Source: Octopus sinensis
Lineage: Eukaryota
DNA length: 64,000 nt
NCBI RefSeq assembly: GCF_006345805.1
Contig: NC_043000.1
Coordinates: forward strand, 90,086,001-90,150,000
Direction: 5' to 3'
The notes under the pieces: generated by a model
Seen by the model: the letters and a program-made list of their open reading frames with translations, nothing else
Told to the model about the DNA's origin: nothing
Databases searched by the model: none
In this document: positions 1-50,931 of the stretch, piece after piece
Layout: each line of letters starts with the position of its first letter
Numbering within the stretch: position 1 is the first letter of the stretch
Position numbers and translations under genes: made by a program

Positions 1-292
1 ATCCGAGCGTGGCCGTCTGCCAGCCTCGTCTGGCACCTGTGTCGGTGGCACATAAAAAACACCATTCGAGCGTGACCGTCTGCCAGCCTCGTCTGGCACC
101 TGTGTCGGTGGCACATAAAATCACCCACTACACTCTTGGAGTGGTTGGCGTTAGGAAGGGCATCCAGCTGTAGAAACACTGCCAGATCTGACTGGCCTGG
201 TGCAGCCTTCGGGCTTGCCAGACCCCAGTTGAACCGTCCAACCCATGCTAGCATGGAAAGCGGACGTTAAACAATGATGATGATGATGATGA
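1..292 (+). mobile_element. Young SINE-like element with (ATG)n tail and an internal ~66-bp tandem unit; cut by the window edge
   Basis: CpG-rich; near reverse complement of 8644-8890; ends in GATGATGATG. Confidence 0.8.
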
Positions 293-1230
293 GAATTTTA
301 ACAGTGGAACTCAAAGCACAAAAAGCTAGAAATAGTGTGTAAATATTAGGTTAAAAAGCCTGTTTGGATAGAAAAAGTAGAAGGTTACCTGTAAGACAAG
401 AACCCACATCTGTAAACATGACAGATTTTCTATCATTGTACCAAAATCTTTCCAATTTCTCAATCCATTTCAGAAAATTTTGAGTCCTGCAGTCAGCCTT
501 TGATTATTTTTTTTTTTTATCCAAATGTCTTAAGTCAAGATTTACATATTTATAGCTTTATATACTTTGTTCAAAATTAAAGAATTTATAAATTTTTGTA
601 TAGGAATTTACACCACTTGTCTTCAGCAAACCACATCTAAATTAGTCAACCATAAAATAAGTTTTCTAAGTCATGATGGTAGTGCTGGTGACCTTCTGGA
701 GGGCCCCCGAGACAAGAGGGAAAAGTTATCCTGGTCTTAATGCTTAGAACAGCGTGGACTCTGCTGAAGACACCCAAAAGCTAGGTGGTTGGATGTTAAC
801 CCCTTCAATACCAATCTGCCCTGAGACTGTAACCAGTTCTATTAAATACCATGGCTTAAAGTGATCTATGTTAATGCTTTTCAACAATTTTATGCTTATT
901 GGTTCTATGCATCAGCTTAACATAGCAAAGTTATTTTACTAAATTCATTAAAACAAAAGCAGTATATTCTAATAAGAAATATAACAAAAAAGTTAAATGT
1001 TTTTACACAAGAATACAGGGTCCAATAGTAAAAAAAAAAAAATTGGATTGTAGGGATGTAGGCTAGTAGTTTACCTGCACCAATTTTTAGTAGCTAGAAA
1101 GCAGTGTAATACACATCTACATGCTTTTATGACTGAGATGCTTTTTTGTTTCAAGTGGTGACTTGGTTACACAAATGAAATAGAATTAGTTTGAATAATT
1201 TCAGAGGAACTGTCTTAAAGAAAGCTCTAA

Positions 1231-2685
1231 CCCTTTCGTTACTATATTTCTGACCAAAATACACCCCTCATGAGTTTCAATTAAATTCTAAAATAATCAT
1301 GAATTTAGGCTTGTTTCATTAAATAACTGTAACTTTTTTACTTATCAACATTTTAATGTGATATTTGGAACATAATTAAAGGAAGGGTTCTTAATCAATT
1401 CTATTGCATAACTTTTGTCTCAAAGTGACTTTAATTACAGGTAAATTCAGGTAAATTGAGCAAAAGGTAAAAATATTAAAATTTTAAATTGAGCAAAAGG
1501 TAAAAAATTAAAATTTTGTTTAAGCATCACTATAGAAAATGAATCATCAGCTAATATTCAAATGGGTATGCAACAAAATTTTGATAAAGAAGAATTGTGC
1601 ACATCACTAGATCAGTTGAATTTAATGCACAACAGGTACCATAAAGGTGAAATAAACTGAAATATTGGAATCCACCGTAAGTTTGACCGAACTAAAGAAA
1701 TCGGTCAAAAAATAATATACGGCCCTGGTTATGGAATGGAAGTGATAAATTCCAGACCACATCGTTCCCTAGGCCATGCTGACTAACATTATTTTCCCTG
1801 TATAAAAACTAAATCCACGCAGTACCCAGTATTTGCTTCACAAATTTCCCAAACTTTGAACCCCGATTTTAGGTTTGTTTACAATTTGCGTAAGTGTGTT
1901 TCCACATTGATCGCTTCAAACAATAACTTCCAGACCACATCGTACCCTAAGCCATGCTGACTAACATTAGTTTCCCTGTATAAAAACTAAATCCACTACA
2001 GTACCCAGTATTTGCTTCACAAATTTCCCAAACTTTGAACCCCGATTTTGGGTTTGTTTACAATCTGCGTAAGTTTGTTTCCGAAGTGATCACTTCAAAC
2101 TAGCATACTGAAAAAAATAAAAGTCTAATGGTTTCACTTCCTAAGAAAGGCTATAGATAAACTTTATCTCCTCAGAAAAATTGCTAATAAAAACATTTTA
2201 AAAGTTTTTTTACTTCATTCCGATGTAAAATCGTCTTCGCCGCTTTGTTTCTTCGGAAGGCGCTGCTTTCATCTTCGGATAAAAAAATATTCATTATTTT
2301 GTACACCACGTGCTTTAGTACCTATTTCATTCTTTTTCTCGATATCTCCCTATTTTCCGTTGACAAAGCTTTAAATTCGGAATCAATGCTTGATAACATG
2401 AAACTCCTATCCATTTTCAAAGTTGAAGAAAAATCGATGCCGAAAAACGTGTGGAAAAAAATCTCCCAAAATTCACTGAGTTGAGATATCACTTCAAGCA
2501 ATGTCGGATACTATAACTTAACTATTTACAATGTGAAATCACATGCTTTAACGAATGTACCAACGAGATTTGGGTTCAAATTTACATTTAAATAACAATG
2601 GGTTCTAACGGCCGGGTATGGCCGGGTTGGTACTTTGAACCAAAAAATATTTCGGCCGGCTACGGCCGGGTTAGTAACGAAAGGG
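1231..2685. mobile_element. Non-autonomous piggyBac-like DNA transposon, 1455 bp
   Basis: Perfect 14-bp TIRs CCCTTTCGTTACTA / TAGTAACGAAAGGG, CTAA on both flanks, subterminal GGCCGG repeats, no intact transposase. Confidence 0.85.
1750..2100. repeat. Two-copy tandem duplication, period ~178 bp, inside the piggyBac-like element
   Basis: ttccagaccacatcg...cttcaaac begins at 1750 and again at 1928, with few differences. Confidence 0.92.
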
Positions 2686-3860
2686 CTAATCAAAACATAA
2701 CCTTGTTATGGATATCATGTTGATTAATTCAGCATTAGGAGGTGGGGAAATATGATTTGGTGAGTGAACTAAGAAAATATTGAGGCTATTAGGCAAGTGC
2801 TTATTTTATATTAAAATCATGGCATTGCATTAAATATTCCAGGTTATAATGTGAGCATGTTCTAAAATCCACTTTTCCATGCTTGTATGAATTAAAACTT
2901 GTCATGGATTTTCTACAGCCAAAGGCTATTTTTGTTCTCAATCCTTGCTTGTTTCCAAGTAAGGTAATATTTCCCCCATGGTTAGACATGTTTTCCTGGA
3001 AGGTTGGAAATGAATGATATAACTTTTATAATATTGGCACTCATATACATAAATAAATGATAGGCTCCTTTCAGTTTCCACTCATCAAATCCATATGTAA
3101 GGCTTTGGTTGATCCAGAGCTTTAGTAGACAACACTTTCACAAGGTGACATATAGTGTAACTGAACACAAGATCACTTAGTTGGTATGCAATCTTCTTAA
3201 CCGTAGAGCCATGCTAGCCCATCTAAATTTCCACTTAAACAATTACAATTGTAAGAAATAAAAATCAGTATTTGAAGGGCTGAAAACTTTTGTAGAAACC
3301 ATACTGACAATGTAGACACATGGCATGGTTCTTTTTGTAAGTGATGAGGTGTATTTCTGTTTATTTATTTTACTGGTTGGACAGCATTCTACAATGTCAC
3401 AAGCAATTTTTTTTTTTTTTTGTTGTTGCAAGCATGATGTTTTTCAACTGGGAGACTGCACACAATATTTCAAATATTCCCCAACATTTAAATCTGCGAA
3501 AGTAGAGTCTAACACTCACTGAAGCAAATTAAGGTGTTGATTTAAATTATTGAAAAATAGTAACTGATCAATCAAAAATATTGGTACAAGGCCACAGATT
3601 TTGGTTGGAGATGTTTAGTCAATTTAACTGACTCCAGTGCTTGATTGCAATATATTTTATCGAACTCAAAAGGGCCAAAGAGAAATTGGTTCTCAGCAGG
3701 ATTTGAACTTCTGAAAAACAATGATTTATATCTTTCACTCTACAAATATACTAGACACTGGTCATTAAAATATTGACCTTAACATATAACGGAACTTAAA
3801 TTACATGTTCTTAAAATCAGTCATCAAAGCTTTATAACTAGCAGATATTAAATAGTGTTT

Positions 3861-4072
3861 TTAACCCTTTACCATATCTGGCCCAAATATTCTGTTTTAT
3901 ACTTAAACCAGCCAGATACTGCCTTTTGTATCTACTCTACAATGTAATTCTAAAAGTAAACAAATCACATCATTGAAACCCTAAAGCTGCAAGATAATAC
4001 ATGATCAATTCAAAACAATGTGAATAAATAAGCATTACATTTGACAGAGTAATCTGAATACTGAAGGGTCAA
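3861..4072. mobile_element. TTAA-flanked MITE family A, ~210 bp (other copies near 20030-20250, 51200-51370, 53770-53993, 57435-57663, 62603-62757)
   Basis: TTAACCCTTT...AAGGGTTAA-like ends and a shared core (aataaataagcattacatttgacagagtaatctgaa). Confidence 0.75.
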
Positions 4073-4506
4073 AGATGAACTATCATTTTAACATCTGCTA
4101 TCTCATGCTTACGTTGATCAGTCCATTTATTGCAGATTTTCTATGGCTAGGATGCCCTTCCTGTTACCAGTCCTCACACTTTTCCAAGCAAGATAATGTT
4201 TTCTGGTGCCCAGAGATGATTTTGCAAAATATTGAAAATGAATGGCACTCCCAGTATGATAGTGACACTCATAACTATCATGCAATGTTGAGACAAGGAA
4301 ACACACACACAGTTTTTATCTGCCAAATGCACTCACAAAGCTTTGGTTAGCCTGGAGCTTGCCCAAAGTGCCACACAGTGGGACTAAATCCAAAACCATA
4401 CAGTTCAGAAGTGAACTTTTTAACCACACAGTCATGCTTGTGCTGAGATAAAAATGTAAAAAAAAAGCATGCAAACAATAACCTAGAAAACATTCATTTC
4501 AAAACT

Positions 4507-4512
4507 TTTATT
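4507..4512 (-). promoter_or_regulatory. Candidate polyadenylation signal of UPF1
   Basis: AATAAA followed ~20-45 nt later by a GU/U-rich element (ggttattgtttgcatgcttttttttt); SINEs resume just beyond it. Confidence 0.55.
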
Positions 4513-6343
4513 GACGTTAAAACAGCACAACACTGTAAAAGCACAATTCCTTTTAAATCCCCATAGCAAAGTTTTCTACTGACTACAATTAGCAAGAAGT
4601 CTGCTGAAAAGACTCACAACTAATAACTTAACAATAGGTTCAATCTGAACTACTTAAGACATCCAGTAGGAAGGAGGGAAACACTATGCTACAAGTTTCA
4701 AAGCTGAAAAGAACAGCTTAAAGCAATGAAAGGAAGCTTTGTAATTAATAATAGAACATGTTTTCTTTCTCATTTAAAATAAAGAATCAATCAAGATTAA
4801 TAATAATTGTCATATATGGAATATTGATGGAAACGAAATCTATACAAATTTAATCCTAATAAAAGCTGCTCAAGTCGGGAAAAGAAAAAAATGGTTTGAA
4901 CAACTTGTAAAACTTTTTCAAGTACAACATAATCCAAATGGAAAGTTAAGAAAGAAAAGGTTGTTAGAGAAATAAAGACAACATTTTTATAATTTTCTTT
5001 TTCACTTAATAACAATCAAAATGTAATACAGATCCAAAACAAAGCTATACTTATTAAAATCCACTGAAAAGTGCACCCTATTTACAAACAATTTAGACAT
5101 AATTTGCTGGTTGTTTTTATTCTACCCACCTACCCCATCTCACAAAAAAAAAAAAAAAAAAAAAAACTAATTCAAACTGAAGTAAAACCTACATGTCTGG
5201 GCCATATTAAAAGACACATAGGTATTAAGGAGCGATAGTTAAAACACTGTGAAAGTGCCAGTGTTTATAATATATATATATATATATATATATAACCTAT
5301 TTCAAAATTGTACAAAAGTTAAATTGTGTAATGGGGGACTTTCTTTTTTAATATATATAAAAAAAAGCTGGACAAAATGGCTTTTAGCAAATACAAGTTT
5401 TTTTTTTTTCCAGTAACAAGTAATGTGAAGCCCTTTATACTGAGAAATGGTAAGGAAAGTGTCAATTGATTCAGGCAGCAAACAAAATTCAGAAGCTAAA
5501 GGGAAGTTGATGCTGTTCCATCAGCCAATAGAATAAAGAAAATTATTTTGTTTCACTAGGGAATTTCAAAGTTTAACGTGCCTGAACACCCAAAATTAGA
5601 AGCAGCAAAAAAAGAACTAAGTGTATGTGTGTGATTAAAATGGAGAAGTATATTGGGGAAAGGGTAAATAAAAATAATATAAAATATTAAAAATATTATT
5701 TCAAATTAAAACTAAAGTAAAATATATCTATTTTAGACAGACTAAAAAAAAATAAATGGGAGTTGTTAAAGGAGAATGAAAAAAAATATGAATCAAAACT
5801 GGTCTCCCCAATAAGCGCTATGTCCAGGATATTAACAGGTCCTGTACTGCACAGTTGCACTGTCTGCCTACATGTGGCATTGGAGGTTTCAAATTTAGGA
5901 TAGTTCCCAATTAATTTTTTCTTTTTTTTTTTTCCTTTATTTTCTTTTTTTTTTTTTTTTAATTTTTTATTTTCCCAATTATTTCAAGCCAGATGATGTC
6001 TTAATTCAAATATGCCATGAATCCAGATTAGGGCAGTGTCTGCTGTCTGTGTCTTCAGCTTCTATGGTAAAAGTGTGTATGTGTGCATGTGTGTGTGTGA
6101 GAGAGTGTGTGTTCTGCCTGTAGTCAAACAGCAAGTGAGACTGACAGGCAGTGACAGCGACAGGGAGTAAGTGAATGAAGTTGGTCGGCAGGAGGGAATG
6201 GAGAGTAGTAATTTAGGAGCTGTGGCCACACACAACTCGGTAACTCCAGCCGATTCGCAGCAATTACAGTAAGATGCCCCATTATGAGCCAGGCATTTAA
6301 GGCCCAACATAAATATTCCTCAGAGCAAATTTGTTATTTCCTT

Positions 6344-6470
6344 CTGAATCATAGAAAATGAAGGAATTAAAAAATTAAATCATGAAAAATTTCTAGACGA
6401 ATTTTTTTCTGATTTGACTTTTTAGAAAAAAATAAAAAACCTTAGACATTTTCTATGAGTATATACTTAC
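6344..6470 (-). other. Candidate 127-nt intron inside the UPF1 3' UTR
   Basis: GTAAGTAT donor at 6470, U-rich body, and pyrimidine tract ttaattccttcattttctatgattcAG. It is an AT-rich island between two GC-richer blocks. Confidence 0.7.
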
Positions 6471-6940
6471 AACTATCAGCCTGGTTTGCCAACCTGTTAT
6501 GTTGCTATGACACACAGTTGCTTTTTCTGTCAGCTCATTCTCGCTTGGGGGGTGGGGGAGGCATAAGGAGTTGTTTTGCTTGCATGCTCTTTTTTTTGCT
6601 CACAAGTATCAACAGACCCTTCACAGCTGCCACCACTACGATGACAGCACCAGCAGCTCCCAACATCAGACACAGCTGCAACAAGCAAACCTGCAGCACT
6701 AGTAGCCATGCACCTCCCTGTCCTTAACTCACTGCACAACCATCACCCTCCTCCTCCTCCACCACCTCCAGTACACTTGCGACACTTATGTGCAGCAGAC
6801 GTCATCATCGTCGAGTGGTTTGTGGTTCTCTCCGCCGGTCAGACACTGCAGCCTTGTACACTGGTAGTTAGTTGTATCCTCTGCTTTCTTGTTTCAAGCC
6901 TACTGTTCCTGCCACAAGGGGGGCTGCAACACCGCGGCCA

Positions 6941-44791
<37,851 letters not shown>

Positions 44792-46045
44792 CTACAAAAA
44801 AAGGAGAAAATTGCTTCATTAAATTCAGGAGAAAGCCATCAATAACAAAGTGCATGAGCTGAGACCAGATATATCTACAAAGGAAGAAAAGATCTGTTTA
44901 TGCCTTTCCCCCAAAATATTAGCAACTGGGTCATTGTACAGTAAGAAAGAGCCAATACTCCATGGAGTTAGACATTTTTCAAAATGGTCAGTTTAGCTTC
45001 CTTTCTTTCTTGGTTTCATTATTTCACAATGTGTCCATGCTGACACAGAAAAAATACAGTATAAATGTTTATAACAGCACCATACTGGAGTGATGAAACT
45101 TTAAAAGCGAATGTTCTACTATAGCTTAACATTTAACAGTGAAGAAGAAATTAATTCCAGTTTGGAATCCAAGCAAACTGAAGCAAATAGAGATAGGTAT
45201 TTTACTAAGGTTTCCATTATAATTATTAAAGTCAGGGATTATAGTATCCTAACACTCACGGTCATTATGCCTCTGTAGATAACTATAGCCCATGGCCAAC
45301 AAATGCCATGTGAGTGAATTTGATAGAAGGAAACTGTGCAGAAGGGTGGCGTACATAAGTTACAAAGGATTTTGGAATCCAGAAAATTACCCTAAGCAGC
45401 AGTCTTGAAAACTGGCTATCAGAATGTGATGGAAGGAAAATTTGTTCAGTAGAAACATTAGTTTCACACAACATTAGTGAAACAATGATAAACCATGGAA
45501 TAGACGTAATACTAACAACTCCATTCTTCACTTGTTTTCATATAAGTGAAAAGAACATGGGTATAACTTGGTACTCCTTTATTCCAGTTGGTACATGTCT
45601 CAGTATTCAGCAATATCTAGTGTCATACAAAAGATGCAACTTCTAGGGCCAGAGTGGAGCAAACACAAAGTCAGATAATCAGAAAAGAAAGACAAGTTAG
45701 AGACAAACAACAACCAAATTTAAAAACACTGGAGGCACATGTCAGGAGGAGGGCAGATGGAGGAGGTATGTAGGTCAAATCAACTGACATAACCTGAGTG
45801 GAATGATGTCTGTAAGGGTAGGGAGTAGGGACTTAGGTTGCCTTTATACGACCACATTAGGGGAGAGAAATAATAACTGGTAAGATAAAAGGGTACAATA
45901 AACCTCTAAGAGTTGACACTGTCAGAGTCTCCCAAAATGTCCAGTTAGTAACATCCATGTGTACATGCACATATGCTTACATACACATGATTAACATTAG
46001 AGTTGAAACTTATGTGATTTAATTGTCATGCACTGAACACATCCA

Positions 46046-46089
<44 letters not shown>

Positions 46090-46550
46090 AGCAAGCACAC
46101 ACACACACACATATATATACATGTCTGGTTAAGAAGCTTGCTCCCAACCATGTGGTTTCAGGTTCAATCCTTTCAATCCCACTACACAGTATCTCAAATG
46201 TCTTCTATTGTAGCCTTGTGAGAGGATCAGGCAGAAAGAAATTGAGAAAGCGCCATCATATACATATCTAGTTGTTGCGCACATGATGGCAAGATTGCAG
46301 ACTCAATTCCCAGACCAACAGTGTATTGTGTTCTTGAGTAAAATACTCCATGCTGTGCCAGTCCACTCAGCTGTAAATGGGAAACCCTGTGGCAGACTAG
46401 TGTACTGTTGAGGGGAAATGGTGGCCTGTCCACCTAGCCAGCCGGGCATTATTTGAAAGCTATAACAATGCATGGAATTGTATTATGACCAGCAATGTAT
46501 TAACATCCAATAGTCAAGTTTATACACTTCTACACACAACTGAGCACATG

Positions 46551-46554
<4 letters not shown>

Positions 46555-46593
<39 letters not shown>

Positions 46594-46620
46594 GTGAGAG
46601 AGAGAAAGTGTGTGTGTGTG
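46555..46620. repeat. (GA)n/(GT)n microsatellite
   Basis: Direct reading. Confidence 0.95.
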
Positions 46621-47783
46621 TCTGTTTCCTTGTCTTGACATCAAATGAGTGATGTATACAAATGTCATTCATTTCTAATATTCTGCGAAAACATGTCTGG
46701 CCAACATCATGAGCATTAAATGTCTGTTTTCCATAGTTGCATGGATTAACAGGAACTGAAAAGGGTTCCATGCCATGGGGAAATATTACCAATGTAGTGC
46801 TTCAGTGTGGCCACTCTTCAGACGTTGAAACAAGAGTTAAAAAGAAGTTTGAAAACACTACACCAATGTTTCTTCTAATTTTTTTACTATCGTTACACAC
46901 AGTAATTTGTTTGGGGGCAAACTGTCCTTCTTTGCAAAATATGTGCAGATCAAAGCAAATAACCACATCTCAAATGCAATAGTGAGCAACTAAGCAAATC
47001 CACATTATTTTTATGTGTATTAAGATTTTATGAAATTGCATGACTAATTTTTTCAATTAAAAAAGCCTCAATTTCATGTTGAAAACCTCATGTGCAAATA
47101 TTTTTCCTTTGTGCACTAAATGTATAATGCACACAAGAGCATAGCTTAGAGGAAATATTGTTCTATACACAAAAGAAAAATTATTCACTCGCAAATTTCA
47201 GTTTGAATTGGTTTTGTCTTTCACCCTTTCCATTTGGTAGTTAATCCAGTAAATATCAAACAAACCATGTGAAGTCCGAAATGCACAACACCAGCACTAA
47301 TAATTGAAGTTAAAAATAAAACAATACAAATATCATCACATGATCCTATCCCCACCGCACCCCTTCATGCTTACTGCAGCATTTTGTTCATTGGCTTTAA
47401 ACTCTTTTTATCAGAAAAGTTGACAACTGCACAAAAACACAAGTTATATATTCCATGGGAAAAAAAAAGAAAACAAACAAGATTACATTTTGAGGTCATC
47501 ATGGAAGAGAATCTGTCACACATAAGATCCGGGTTAATAACTGAGAACCAGATCAATACTAATAAGACTAAAAGCTAAGTAGCTCAAATGCTTATCCTGG
47601 TTGATTTAGGGAGAGGTGCAGGCTTGACAATTATGGTTAAGAAGTTTGCTTCCAAGCACATGGTTTCATGTTCAGTCCCATTGCATGGCAATTTGGACAG
47701 GTGTCCTCTCCAGTAGCCCTGGGCTGACCTAACCCTTGTGAGTAGACTTAGTAAGCAGAAACTGAAAGAAACCTATTTATTCA

Positions 47784-47787
<4 letters not shown>

Positions 47788-47852
<65 letters not shown>

Positions 47853-48077
47853 TATGCATATACACACATACATATATATATGCATACACACACATATATA
47901 TGCATATACATACATATATATGCATATACATACATATATATATATACACACACATACATATATATGCATATACATACATATATATGCATATACATACATA
48001 TACATGCATATACATACATATACATACATACACACACATATATATACATACATATACATACACACACACATATATAT
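47788..48077. repeat. Compound (TA)/(CA) micro/minisatellite with a ~20-22-bp unit (TATGCATATACATACATATA)
   Basis: Direct reading; it causes the overlapping YI/CM ORFs in the track. Confidence 0.95.
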
Positions 48078-48513
48078 GGATGAACGAATTATCCTTTGTT
48101 TACCGTTAACATGGAAAATTCAATAAACAGTTACCAAGGTAGCAAAATTAAAGCAAGTAACACGGAAGAAGCGACCTATTCAAAGGTAGAAACTCCGGGT
48201 TAATGTGCAGTAATTTATCAACTGCATCAGATGGCTCACCTTCTTCTTCGACAATAAGGACTTACAACAGACCAGTAATGACATCTCTACTGAGTATAAA
48301 AAATTATTTAAATCGAAGGGTACTCCTCCACCTAACTCTAGATTGAAACAATTCGAGGATGATCTATGGTCCATCATGAAGAATATAAAATTTCACCGGT
48401 CACCCATCTTCACAACGTCTCTCGGGAAATCAATAACTTAGATTGCATCACTCCTCCATAGTCAGCCTGTGAATGTGTAAGCCTCTCTGTATGTATGTGT
48501 ATACACACACACG

Positions 48514-49702
48514 TATGGTCATCCCATACACCGTTTTTCATACAGCTTTTATTTTTCAAAATTAAGTTCTTTTTTAATCCAAAACTCTCCATTTCTTCCA
48601 AAATTCACTTGTCCATGATGAAAAATACTCCTCCAGTACTGTTCTGATCTTGTCTACAGACTTCATATTTTTTCCCTCCTAATGATTTTGAAGACTGCGG
48701 AATAAATGATAACCAGATGGGGCAATGTCCAGCAAATATGGTGGGTGGGGCATGGTTTCCCATTCAAACTGCTTTGGCCTTTGGAAATGTCATCCTCGCT
48801 GTATGTGGCCGAGCATTATCCTAATGGAAGAACTCCTTTCGTCTTGAAACCAAAGAGGATTGTTTTTCTTCTAATGCTGACTTAAGCCACTCAAGCTGCT
48901 TGCAGTAGATCTCCTTTGTTACCATTTGGTTTGGATTTAAAAGTTCAAAGTGGACTAAGCCTTTCATATCTCACCAAACAGATAACACCTTACATGAGAG
49001 AAGACCTTCTCTCCCTACCCACTGTCTTCAGTGCTTGACATTTTTACGGAGAACTCATTTCTCATCACCAGTCACTATTCGGTCAAAAAAAAAGGTTTAT
49101 TCAGGAGACAGGACAGCAAAAAAGAGCACACATTCACTCTCTGCATGTGATTAGACTCGAAAAGTTTGTGAGGAACCCACTGACCCAATTTGCTGACTTT
49201 TCCAATGGCACACAGGTGTCAATGAATGGTTGAATGACCAAATCCAAACTTCTCTGCTAGTTCCTTAACACTTAAGATGGGATTTTATTCCAGTAAGGTT
49301 TGCAGGACATCCTTGTTGAGCTCTACAGATCTTCCAGGATGAGGCTCGTCTTCAAGGCTGTAGTTTCCAGCTCGGAATTTCTGGAACCACTGTTGACACT
49401 GGCTTACGCTTATTGTCCAATCCTCATATGCTGCATTAATATTTCTCACACTTTCCATTGCGCTGTTGCTCTCAAAGTCAAGGCAAAATATGCCAAATAT
49501 GCTCCTTTGTCATTTCCATTATAGCCTTGAAAATTTAACTTAAAATCGAACTGCTCTCTTCAAAACTGGCACTAAGAATAAATACAAGGTAAATTTACAA
49601 CCTACTTTTATAGCAAGTTTATGCAGGTAGTTTATCCTGTCCTTCTCCGACTTAGTTCATGCAAATGAAAAAAAATCACATTATTTATGGGTTGACCTAA
49701 TA
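48514..49702 (-). mobile_element. Decayed near full-length mariner element
   Basis: KLGQWVPHKL, RIVTGDEK, FH*DNARPH and PHPPYLLDIAPSGYHLFRSLQN (DD34D-type motifs, broken); TIR-like ends tatggtcatcccata and tatgggttgacctaata. Confidence 0.9.
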
Positions 49703-49779
49703 TATACATATATGACAGTGACAGTCATTTACAACTATCAAACAATGTCAATACAAGAGGAGATATACACAAGCATCTC

Positions 49780-49811
<32 letters not shown>

Positions 49812-49889
49812 GTGATGTAAGCATCTTTCAGTTTTTGTCTACAAAGTCCATTCACAAGACTTTAGTCAGTCTGGGGCCTCTGTAGATTG

Positions 49890-50225
49890 CGTGTAGATAG
49901 ATAAGATTTCTTTATTGGCCACGCAGGGCTAAACACAGAAGGGACAAAATACAAAGTAGAGCTTTTCTTTTTGGGAAGAAGGGGGGGAGGGGCGAATTCC
50001 AATCAAAAGGGATCGTGAAAATAAAAGTAGGGCCGATCAATAGGGATCTTGTATCACAGAAATGTTAATGTAAAAAGGGAAAACAGATTAGGTTTGTTCG
50101 TGGATAGAAAAGCCTACGGAAAAGATCATGGGAACCTTGGGCAATAGTGTCATGCAAAAAGAAAACACATTACAGTCAGTGGCTCTCTTTTTCCCTTTCG
50201 GTTCATTATGCTCAAGCTGGCTCAG
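49890..50225 (-). mobile_element. 3' end of a non-LTR retroelement inserted into a SINE
   Basis: The minus strand ends in AATAAA plus a (TATC)n-like tail; SINE sequence lies on both sides. Confidence 0.5.
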
Positions 50226-50650
50226 ACAGATAGATGTATATAAAAATAAAGGAATAACGTCAAGACAAGGAGACACAGATACGAATGAATGAACAAACAA
50301 GAAAATAGCATTCACTACATTAGTTGGAGTTAACATGTATTTTGTAACAGTTTGACTCATATATAAACACATACATACATAAACTTTTCAGTTTGCATCT
50401 ACCAAATCTACTCAAGGCTTTGGTTGAGCTGGAGCTATAGTAGATATTTGTACTAAGCTCCATACAACAGAATTGAGTAGAAAATGATGAGGTTGGAAAG
50501 CAAGCTTCTAAACACAGCCATACTTGTACTAAACTGTTACAACAATTTCATTTTATGATTGGACAATGATCCAATATACTGACACACTCGAGTTTTATCC
50601 TAAATCTTTTAGCATTTAAACCTATCATATCCGACCCAAATATTCTATCT

Positions 50651-50931
50651 GTTCTCAACCATTTTTTTATCTATGGACCCCTTTGTTTACTATTTTATTC
50701 TGGTGGATCCTCATAGCCATTTGATGTTTAAAAACTAGAAATTTCTCTCAAAATACCTATTTTGTTTTTCACACATAACTTGTGAAGGTTGAACTATATA
50801 AAATGTTAGAGAAAGAAGTCTAGCTGTTTCTTGCAATACATACATCTGAAGCAAAATTTTTTCAGAGACCTTTAACATACCATTGTGGCTCCCCAAATTA
50901 CTATTTTGTTACATGGACCCTGGCTGAGAAC
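50651..50931. mobile_element. hAT-like MITE; a second copy in opposite orientation at ~52412-52746
   Basis: Ends GTTCTCAACC ... GGCTGAGAAC; 50655-50735 is the reverse complement of 52665-52746. Confidence 0.65.

Larger units (their letters stand above)
4490..6940 (-). other. Probable long UPF1 3' UTR (about 2.3 kb after removing the candidate intron)
   Basis: This ~2.4-kb stretch has none of the SINEs or MITEs seen elsewhere. It has U-rich tracts, a TGTAAATA Pumilio-type element (5079-5086) and ends at an AATAAA. Confidence 0.6.

Noticed and set aside
6062-6310. 82-aa ATG-initiated ORF just after the candidate UTR intron
   Set aside because: It has no recognisable domain and partly runs through (CA)/(CT) repeats. 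It is probably a chance ORF in UTR sequence.
47738-48126. Six overlapping ORFs of 67-123 aa
   Set aside because: They are translations of a TA/CA microsatellite.
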